A stretch of DNA of 10,351 bases from an uncultured Methanosarcinales archaeon (GTDB lineage: Archaea > Nanobdellota > Nanobdellia > Woesearchaeales > JAGVZT01), in contig CAYQPU010000041.1 of NCBI GenBank assembly GCA_964419615.1, positions 1-10,351 on the forward strand, in the 5' to 3' direction. Made by a program: the position numbers and the translations under genes. Under the pieces are notes generated by a model, which did not search any database, was not told the DNA's origin, and was given only the letters and a program-made list of their open reading frames with translations. Of this stretch, positions 1 through 5,886 are shown one piece after another (the stretch's first letter is position 1; each line of letters starts with the position of its first letter).

Positions 1-1
1 A

Positions 2-601
2 CTTCCAATAACTCTAAACCATAACTATTGTCACAAATGCAGAAAAAGCAACACAAGTTATTTTGAAGCAATCGTTCAGCTTAGAAATATCAAATTTGAA
101 GATGTGGAAAAATACTTTGGACAAATAACAAAACTAGAAAAAGTTAGAAATGGTTTTGATGTGTACATGGCTTCCTCGCAAAAAGCAAAAAACATAGCAA
201 AGCATTTTCAAAACCTTGGAGCACAAACAAAACTTAGTGCAACCCTGCACACAAAAGATAAGATCACAAGTAAAGATCTATACAGACTAACAATACTTGT
301 CAAATTCCCAGACTACAAAAAAGGAGACATACTAAACATTGACAACATGCCATGGAAAATAGTAAAATACAATCCACTAACAGCTAGAAACCTCTTCACT
401 GGTAAATCCTCCCCAATTAAAATAACTCACCCTGACATACTCCAAGTACATAAAACCAAAATCTCAAAAACTCATCCTCAGCTAGAAGCACTCCATCCTG
501 AAAACTATCAATCAGTAATAATTGAAAACCCAATTGAACTACCAGCTGATCAAAAGGTTAAGGTGGTTGTGATTGGCGATAAGTTGTTTCTTGTTGTGTA
601 A
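2..601 (+). CDS. nmd3: NMD3 family ribosome biogenesis protein, 5'-truncated by the window edge (the track start at 104 is an internal GTG)
   Basis: The frame is open from position 2 and reads LPITLNHNYCHKCRKSNTSYFEAIVQLR, matching the NMD3 CxxC...Y(F/Y)EAxxQLR motif. Downstream TILVKFPDYKKGD and a C-terminal OB-like segment (LEALHPENYQ) also fit NMD3. Confidence 0.9.
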   Translation, partial: LPITLNHNYCHKCRKSNTSYFEAIVQLRNIKFEDVEKYFGQITKLEKVRNGFDVYMASSQKAKNIAKHFQNLGAQTKLSATLHTKDKITSKDLYRLTILVKFPDYKKGDILNIDNMPWKIVKYNPLTARNLFTGKSSPIKITHPDILQVHKTKISKTHPQLEALHPENYQSVIIENPIELPADQKVKVVVIGDKLFLVV

Positions 602-611
602 AAAGAAATAG

Positions 612-1211
612 TTAACTAACTCCCAGTGCCCTGGCAATCATAATACATGCACCACAAACTAATGGGACAACAATATTATCATCTACTATCTCTTCATTCA
701 TCCTGATCTGAATAGCCTCAATAAACATAGCTCCACATGCACCAGCAGCAGCAAGTCCAGGTGTCACAAAAAAAGAAGCACCAATAAAACCTGTAATAGC
801 ACCTGCAAAACTTCCTTCAATTGACTTAAAACCATTAAGTGGATTTTTTATCTGGCCAAGGTGTTTTCCAATCAAATGTGATACAGTATCTCCCAAAGTC
901 AATACCATAATGGAAGCATATGCAATACTTGGTTCAAATAATTTTATTGACAATAACACTCCAATAAAAAAAGCAATAAAACCTTTACCAGGAAATCTTT
1001 CTTTATCATGTTTTCTCTCAAAAGTATCCAAAAACCAAGAAACAACAGGGATTCTAACTCTCTTACTCAAAACAGAAATAATTGAACTAATAACAATCAC
1101 TGCAAAAATATGCCACACCTTAAGCAAACCAATAACCACAAAAAACAAAACAGATGTGCCTATGCAAATATGTAGCAACTGTCTTCGAATCTCTAATTTA
1201 TTCAAACTCAT
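612..1211 (-). CDS. SEC59/dolichol kinase-phytol kinase-like integral membrane protein (CTP-dependent kinase / cytidylyltransferase family)
   Basis: Motifs EIRRQLLHI, LGDTVSHLIGKHLG, KSIEGSFAG and DDNIVVP, plus several hydrophobic helices. ATGA overlap with the upstream DedA stop at 1208-1211. Confidence 0.85.
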   Translation of the reverse strand: MSLNKLEIRRQLLHICIGTSVLFFVVIGLLKVWHIFAVIVISSIISVLSKRVRIPVVSWFLDTFERKHDKERFPGKGFIAFFIGVLLSIKLFEPSIAYASIMVLTLGDTVSHLIGKHLGQIKNPLNGFKSIEGSFAGAITGFIGASFFVTPGLAAAGACGAMFIEAIQIRMNEEIVDDNIVVPLVCGACIMIARALGVS

Positions 1212-1867
1212 TTAAGCATTAACCTCTCAATTTTATCTATAACCTTAAAGTGTTTCACCAAAATAAAAGCAATAATAATCCCAGCAATAGTTAATGTAAG
1301 CAAAGATTCAATACTATCAATTCTTTCAGCAATCTTCAAATAAACCCCACTTAATTTCCAGCCAATAAAAGCTAAAATAAAATTTCTTGGAAGTAAACCT
1401 AAAAAACTAAATAACCCAAACTTTTTCCAATCAATCTTAACAAGTCCTGCACAACCAGAAATAATACTCAAAGGCATAATGGGAATTGCTCTTAAAACAA
1501 ACAAAGACCACCTTTGATTCTTATCAAGCTTTTTCTTTACCTTGATAACATCACGCCAGGAAAAACCAAGCCATCTTTGATACTTTTTTATCAATGGCTT
1601 TCCACCATAACTTCCAATTCCATAAATAACATAATTACCAATAGTCTGTCCAATTGAAGCTGGGATAGTAACCATCCACAATATTTTCCATAGGCCGGCT
1701 GTAAGCACAAGTTCTGGGTCAATCAAAACCAAACCAGCTGTCATGATAATTAATGGTGAAGGAATAGGAGCTAAAATTGATTCTACCATCACACCAAAAA
1801 CCACTCCCCAAACTCCATAAGATCTAATAGTTTCAAGTATCCAATTAGTTATATCCCCAAGCAACAT
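1208..1867 (-). CDS. DedA/VTT-domain membrane protein
   Basis: Motifs ESILAPIPS, GQTIGNYVIYGIGSYGG and LRAIPIMP...ISGCAG, with a hydrophobic profile. An alternative TTG start at 1864 is possible from the SD spacing. Confidence 0.9.
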   Translation of the reverse strand: MLLGDITNWILETIRSYGVWGVVFGVMVESILAPIPSPLIIMTAGLVLIDPELVLTAGLWKILWMVTIPASIGQTIGNYVIYGIGSYGGKPLIKKYQRWLGFSWRDVIKVKKKLDKNQRWSLFVLRAIPIMPLSIISGCAGLVKIDWKKFGLFSFLGLLPRNFILAFIGWKLSGVYLKIAERIDSIESLLTLTIAGIIIAFILVKHFKVIDKIERLMLK

Positions 1868-1870
1868 TTA

Positions 1871-1910
1871 CACCTAAACTTTGATTCTTTGAGATTATTA
1901 ATAAATCTTT
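1871..1910 (-). promoter_or_regulatory. BRE/TATA (AAAGA-TTTATTAA, TATA 1898-1905) and Shine-Dalgarno AGGTG (1871-1875) for the DedA-kinase operon
   Basis: The minus strand reads AAAGATTTATTAA-N22-AGGTGTAA-ATG. Confidence 0.65.
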
Positions 1911-1973
1911 CTTTTGTCATGACTTAACATGTACTTCAAGCTCTAAAACCAGTTTTATTTATAAAGCCCAGCC

Positions 1974-2031
1974 AAAAGATTTAAAAGTAAAGCCAAATGT
2001 CTTAATTCTTAGTCATTAACATGCGAGGTGG
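1974..2031 (+). promoter_or_regulatory. BRE/TATA (AAAAGA-TTTAAAAG, TATA 1980-1987) and strong SD GAGGTGG (2025-2031) for the histone gene
   Basis: Motifs read directly. The SD core GAGGTG lies 6 nt before ATG 2037. Confidence 0.7.
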
Positions 2032-2036
2032 TATAA

Positions 2037-2207
2037 ATGGCAGACCTATTAGTAGTTAAATCAAAAATAAAAGACGTTGTTTCAGGCTTAAATGTTTCTG
2101 GAGATTTTGCAGAAGCATTGGACGCTGAAGTGAAAAATCTTGTTGTAAAAGCTGTTGCAAGAGCACAAGCTAACAACAGAAAAACACTGATGGCAAAAGA
2201 CCTGTAA
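2037..2207 (+). CDS. Small histone-fold protein (alpha3-type prokaryotic histone; DUF1931 / Bd0055 / HTkC-like), 56 aa, absent from the ORF track
   Basis: Manual translation: MADLLVVKSKIKDVVSGLNVSGDFAEALDAEVKNLVVKAVARAQANNRKTLMAKDL*. It has the N-terminal LVVKSKIK, the L1 motif NVSGD and the C-terminal RKTLxxxD histone signature, plus its own promoter, SD and T7 terminator. Confidence 0.92.
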   Translation: MADLLVVKSKIKDVVSGLNVSGDFAEALDAEVKNLVVKAVARAQANNRKTLMAKDL

Positions 2208-2210
2208 GAA

Positions 2211-2217
2211 TTTTTTT
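2211..2217 (+). terminator. Oligo-T (T7) archaeal terminator after the histone gene
   Basis: TTTTTTT lies 3 nt after the TAA at 2205-2207. Confidence 0.55.
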
Positions 2218-2231
2218 AAGCGAATATGGCC

Positions 2232-2693
2232 TTAATTTTGGGGCCAGATTTTCGCCAATTTTGATTTATTGATTTTTAACCTAACTTCTATCATATCAAG
2301 TTTTTTCTTATCATAATTATCATTAGCTTTGATATTTTTAATTAACTTTTCAAGCTTGGTAATTCCTTTTCTAATCTCTGCAGCTTCCTTGTTTCTTTCA
2401 GAAATCTTTTGTTTTTTCTTAGTCTTTGGATGAACAACAACACAATCATGCATAGAGTATCCAATCTTTTCAGCATCTTTAATCTTATCAAATTGAATTA
2501 AATTCTTATTACTAATTTGCTTAGCCCAAATACATTCAGGAAGATGTAGTTTGTGTGATTTCTTACTTGCCATGAATTTGGTTTTAGCTTTTTCCAATTT
2601 CTTTGTTATTTTCTTAGAATCTGTTAGTGATACTTTCCTTGAAGCCAAGGCCAAATAATACAACAAACGCTCAACTTTACTATAATCCAACAA
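2232..2693 (-). CDS. Lys-rich basic protein with a central Ada metal-binding-like (Ada_Zn_binding-type) domain, about 153 aa; likely TTG start at 2693, not 2828
   Basis: The segment FMASKKSHKLHLPECIWAKQISNKNLIQFDKIKDAEKIGYSMHDC matches the H/C-x-P-x-C...F....A...G(Y/F)..C..C pattern. SD GAGGT (2701-2705) overlaps the upstream stop, 7 nt before the TTG. The 2828 extension overlaps the neighbouring CDS by 125 nt. Confidence 0.7.
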   Translation of the reverse strand: MLDYSKVERLLYYLALASRKVSLTDSKKITKKLEKAKTKFMASKKSHKLHLPECIWAKQISNKNLIQFDKIKDAEKIGYSMHDCVVVHPKTKKKQKISERNKEAAEIRKGITKLEKLIKNIKANDNYDKKKLDMIEVRLKINKSKLAKIWPQN

Positions 2694-2703
2694 TTTGATA
2701 ACC

Positions 2704-3168
2704 TCAAATACTCTCGTCTTCAAATGACGGCAAAGGAACCCTTTGACTTTGTTGTGGAGCTCTAGGTACTCTTGGCACAGGCCTTTGACTTGGAGGTGGC
2801 ATTGACGTTGGCATTGAAGGTCCAACATTACTTTCCTTAATTAAATTAGCCACAACCAAAATTCCTTTAGCAATCTCCTCATTGTGCTTGAGCAACTGCT
2901 CCATCTTACTATTAAGATTATCAAGGTGAGTATTCATACCATCAAGATGCTCATGAGTAGCTTTGTGTGGTTCACCTTCAATATTCTTACTAGCTTCTTG
3001 AAAAATTGTGATAAGTAATTTCATAGACTCATTTAAAGTGTCAACAGAACCCTGCAAAGAACTAGGTTTAACATCTTTTTGACCAAGTTGTGATTTCAGA
3101 TTCTTTATTTGGTCTCTTAATCTTTTTATTTCTTGATGTGGAAGTAAGTCATAATCATCTTCTGCCAT
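2704..3168 (-). CDS. Hypothetical coiled-coil protein with a Pro/Gln-rich disordered C-terminal tail
   Basis: SD GAGGT at 3173-3177 and TATA TTTATATA at 3207-3214. Heptad-like helices (EIKRLRDQIKNLKSQL; LDNLNSKMEQLLKHNEEIAKG) and tail PSMPTSMPPPSQRPVPRVPRAP. Confidence 0.85.
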   Translation of the reverse strand: MAEDDYDLLPHQEIKRLRDQIKNLKSQLGQKDVKPSSLQGSVDTLNESMKLLITIFQEASKNIEGEPHKATHEHLDGMNTHLDNLNSKMEQLLKHNEEIAKGILVVANLIKESNVGPSMPTSMPPPSQRPVPRVPRAPQQSQRVPLPSFEDESI

Positions 3169-3172
3169 TTTA

Positions 3173-3214
3173 ACCTCTTTTTTAGTATATACCTTTAAGA
3201 ATTCATTATATAAA
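3173..3214 (-). promoter_or_regulatory. TATA box (3207-3214) and SD GAGGT (3173-3177) for the 3168/2693 two-gene unit
   Basis: The minus strand reads GAAACTTTTATATAA...AAAAAAGAGGTTAAA-ATG. Confidence 0.65.
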
Positions 3215-3246
3215 AGTTTCGGTTTTTAAAAGGTAAAAACAAATAG

Positions 3247-3265
3247 GACAATAGGCAGTATTGTC
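3247..3265 (-). terminator. Stem-loop (GACAATA-N5-TATTGTC) followed by a T-rich tract on the minus strand, just past the stop of 3271..4038
   Basis: Perfect 7-bp inverted repeat at 3247-3253 and 3259-3265. It is followed on the minus strand by CTATTTGTTTTT. Confidence 0.5.
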
Positions 3266-3270
3266 TAACA

Positions 3271-4038
3271 CTATTTTTTGTAGAAACCGGGTATACAAAT
3301 GGGATCATGGGCAATATAAACAGAACCATTATTAGGATCAGGGATAGCAGTTACCATTGCTCGTGAACTGAGTAGCAAATCACCCTTTTGAAGACCTGTT
3401 GTCTCAGAAATTGTGGAGATAGAACCAATTACAGGAATTTGCAGGAACTTTGCTAATTCAGTACCAAATTCAGGATAGATTCCTTTATTACATCTGCCAA
3501 CATTTGCAAATGATAAGCAAGTCACTAGGGTGCAGAATGCTTTATCATTAAACTTAGTTTTTATTTCCGATCCGATCCCATTATTTCGCCAATTTCTTAG
3601 ATTTTCAATTGTTATTGCATACTTGAGGAAATGATCCTGATTTTGCAAAATCTGTTTTAATTGCGTAAGTTTTAAGTCTTCAGGCCAATGATTAATTGAT
3701 TCATTCCCCATAATAAACAATGGTAATCCATGAGCATGTATCACCAATTCATCAATACCCCCTTCTGACTCTAGTAATCCAGAAGTAAAAGACTCAGCAT
3801 CATCAAAGCATGCAACCTGAAGTGAGTAATCAAAATCTCTACCTGGCACATAATGAATATTAAACTTTCTACTTCCACAGTGAATAGGTCTTGATAGAAA
3901 ATCTCTAACCTTTTCTTCTTCATTGAGTTCTCTTAGATCTTGTACTTCACCATTCTCATCAAATACATACTCTGAAATAGGATAAGATCTAATATCTCTT
4001 TCAGTACTTGCAAAATAAAAAACATGTGGCTTTGTCAT
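3271..4038 (-). CDS. Hypothetical protein with DUF4347/clan CD (caspase-hemoglobinase fold)-like His-Gly...Cys motifs
   Basis: IDELVIHAHG (H103), KFNDKAFCTLVTC (C174), FGTELAKFLQIPVIGS and TG..KGD.LL. It has its own TATA promoter 22 nt upstream of ATG. Confidence 0.6.
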   Translation of the reverse strand: MTKPHVFYFASTERDIRSYPISEYVFDENGEVQDLRELNEEEKVRDFLSRPIHCGSRKFNIHYVPGRDFDYSLQVACFDDAESFTSGLLESEGGIDELVIHAHGLPLFIMGNESINHWPEDLKLTQLKQILQNQDHFLKYAITIENLRNWRNNGIGSEIKTKFNDKAFCTLVTCLSFANVGRCNKGIYPEFGTELAKFLQIPVIGSISTISETTGLQKGDLLLSSRAMVTAIPDPNNGSVYIAHDPICIPGFYKK

Positions 4039-4046
4039 CAGAAAAG

Positions 4047-4072
4047 GGAATCTAAATTATTATATAAATCTT
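4047..4072 (-). promoter_or_regulatory. Promoter cassette copy A (TATA TTTATATA 4061-4068 plus downstream TTAGATTCC), leaderless start at 4038
   Basis: + strand GGAATCTAAATTATTATATAAATCTT, 22/26 identical to 4871-4896. Confidence 0.7.
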
Positions 4073-4100
4073 CTATACAATATCTCCAAAATACTTGCAA

Positions 4101-4862
4101 TCAGAAAACAAAATTCCCACTATATAGTTTTTGTGGGATACCTTTATCTGGAAGTGTTAAGTTTTCAAGGTTTCCCAAGTTGTAACCATATCCTTCCCTA
4201 GTGACATTTACAGCTGCTACTTTGGAAACAGAATCCTCAAAACAACCTGTAAGTCTAAGCAGTCCAAGCTTTTCTACCAACTGTTCTGGTTTTCCTCTTT
4301 CACCAAATGCAACAAAATTAACAATAGGATAAGGATGAACATCAACGACCATAAACTCAACAAGGCAATCGTTATACATTGTTCTGTCAGAGTATTGGTT
4401 TTGTTCCTCTGATATGTTTAAACCTAATTCAGCAATGATTTCTCTACTAATCTCTAAAAGACCATCTGAATTGATTAATGTTCCAGAATCTAGTTGAATA
4501 TAAAATCTAATACTTTCATCTAATTCAGTACCATATCGAACCAAAGAAACATCTTCAAAATCAACAGGCATACTTCTCTTAGGGACCAAAAGTTTAACAC
4601 GTTGCTCTCCAAATTCAGGTTGAGAACCATCTAAAGTAAATTCAAATTTAGTTTCTTGTGGACCAATAATTTTTGAATAATCTACTGATCTTACATCATC
4701 TCCAAATTTTGGGATATCATGTACAGTATGCTCACTAAGTCTTAAAAAATGCAGCAAAGAATGACGCCTTATTTTTGCCAATTTTTTACTTGAAATATAA
4801 TGTACACCGCCATCTCCTTTTAGGACTTTTCCGTCCATAGGATATACTGTTTTATATACCAT
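4101..4862 (-). CDS. Hypothetical protein, 253 aa, no recognised family
   Basis: Long ORF filling the space between neighbours, with no competing ORF in the track and a promoter cassette at the same spacing as its neighbour. Confidence 0.8.
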   Translation of the reverse strand: MVYKTVYPMDGKVLKGDGGVHYISSKKLAKIRRHSLLHFLRLSEHTVHDIPKFGDDVRSVDYSKIIGPQETKFEFTLDGSQPEFGEQRVKLLVPKRSMPVDFEDVSLVRYGTELDESIRFYIQLDSGTLINSDGLLEISREIIAELGLNISEEQNQYSDRTMYNDCLVEFMVVDVHPYPIVNFVAFGERGKPEQLVEKLGLLRLTGCFEDSVSKVAAVNVTREGYGYNLGNLENLTLPDKGIPQKLYSGNFVF

Positions 4863-4870
4863 GGTGATAA

Positions 4871-4896
4871 GGAATCTAAGTTAGAATATAATTCTT
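4871..4896 (-). promoter_or_regulatory. Promoter cassette copy B (TATA-like ATTATATT 4885-4892 plus TTAGATTCC), leaderless start at 4862
   Basis: + strand GGAATCTAAGTTAGAATATAATTCTT, 22/26 identical to 4047-4072. Both copies end 8 nt from the ATG. Confidence 0.7.
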
Positions 4897-4944
4897 TCTT
4901 GTTTATAACTAAGTTCTACAATATTTAACCACTAATCAGTAACA

Positions 4945-4953
4945 TTTTTATAC
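4945..4953 (+). promoter_or_regulatory. TATA box for the radical SAM gene (leaderless)
   Basis: TTTTTATAC lies 22-23 nt before ATG 4976. No SD is present. Confidence 0.55.
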
Positions 4954-4975
4954 TAAATTTAATCTCTAGTTATTA

Positions 4976-5824
4976 ATGAAAACTGATATCTATTATAGAT
5001 TCACAGACAAATGTATGTTTGAGTGTTTGCATTGTGCCTTTAGTTGCACTAAGGGTGGTCATACTATGGAATTTTCAGATGCACAAAATGTTCTTCTTAA
5101 TCTACCTAAAGATCCAAGTGAATTAACCTTATCTGGAGGTGATCCTTTTTATGAGCTTAAACTTCTAGAAAAAATATTAAGCTTTATTCACGAAAATAGA
5201 GCTGAAATAATTCCAAATGGTTCTCTAAAAGTTGAAACAACTGGTTTTTGGGCAAATACAGTTGAAAATGCTTATGACATAATAACAATGCTTGTTGATT
5301 ATGGTGTTAATTGGTTATTGTTCTCAAGCCATGATGAAAATCATACAGGTGAAGGAAGAACAATGGCTGACATAGATTCTTGGGCTCACAATGCAAGAAT
5401 CGTAATTAATAAACACTTTAATTCCACAAAAGCGATGAACTTAAGCTATTCAGCAACTGATTATATACTCTCTTTTGGAAGGGCTGAAAATCTGCCAATT
5501 AGTATAATCAGAAAACAATCAAACTGTTCTATTAATAGAGAGTACAAACAGGGTTACCGGAGATTTACAATTGATCCAAATGGAGAAACATATCTTTGTT
5601 GTTGGCCAGCACTCCCCTCAATAGGATCTGCAATAGACCACAATGTTGAAGAACTTTTTACACTGGCTTTGGACGATGAAGCAATTAGTGGCCTAATAAG
5701 GGGGGGACCATTTGAAGCAGCTTATGCCTGTAACTTGAATACTGCTCCTTTCTTTTCTTATTTGCGTAATGAATGTCTTGCATGCAAACTAATCTTTCGA
5801 GAAATCAAACAACAAAGGCAATAA
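4976..5824 (+). CDS. Radical SAM protein with a C-terminal SPASM/twitch-like auxiliary Fe-S region; substrate unknown
   Basis: CxxxCxxC (C13MFEC17LHC20), SGGDPF, ETTGFWA, SFGRA, and C184...FTIDPNGETYLC208C209...C267LAC270. Confidence 0.9.
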   Translation: MKTDIYYRFTDKCMFECLHCAFSCTKGGHTMEFSDAQNVLLNLPKDPSELTLSGGDPFYELKLLEKILSFIHENRAEIIPNGSLKVETTGFWANTVENAYDIITMLVDYGVNWLLFSSHDENHTGEGRTMADIDSWAHNARIVINKHFNSTKAMNLSYSATDYILSFGRAENLPISIIRKQSNCSINREYKQGYRRFTIDPNGETYLCCWPALPSIGSAIDHNVEELFTLALDDEAISGLIRGGPFEAAYACNLNTAPFFSYLRNECLACKLIFREIKQQRQ

Positions 5825-5856
5825 ATCCACCACTTTTGGATAATAAACAAGCATAA

Positions 5857-5886
5857 ATATTTAATTAGAAATGTATTCCCTTTATC
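5857..5886 (+). promoter_or_regulatory. TATA-like ATATTTAA (5857-5864) and proximal ATTCCCTTTATC element before ATG 5887 (leaderless)
   Basis: 22 nt separate the TATA-like box and the ATG. The proximal element resembles those before 4038 and 4862. Confidence 0.45.

Noticed and set aside
910-1215. 101-aa + strand ORF
   Set aside because: Antisense shadow of the kinase-like membrane gene; no promoter, SD or motif.
2021-2059. Out-of-frame upstream ORF (MRGGINGRPISS*) overlapping the histone SD and start
   Set aside because: It has no SD of its own and its sequence is dictated by the SD and histone codons, so it is probably incidental. Only ribosome profiling could rescue it.
2220-2254. Imperfect GGCC-containing hairpin spanning the 2232 stop
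   Set aside because: It needs a mismatch and a bulge. The adjacent T7 tract already explains termination.
2694-2828. N-terminal extension of the 2232..2828 ORF (Cys/His/Gln-rich, looks like a metal-binding leader)
   Set aside because: It overlaps the Pro-rich tail of the 2704..3168 CDS in another frame, which explains its composition. An SD-supported TTG at 2693 is the better start.
5825-5841. ATCCA-N7-TGGAT hairpin after the radical SAM stop
   Set aside because: Only 5 bp, which is expected by chance.
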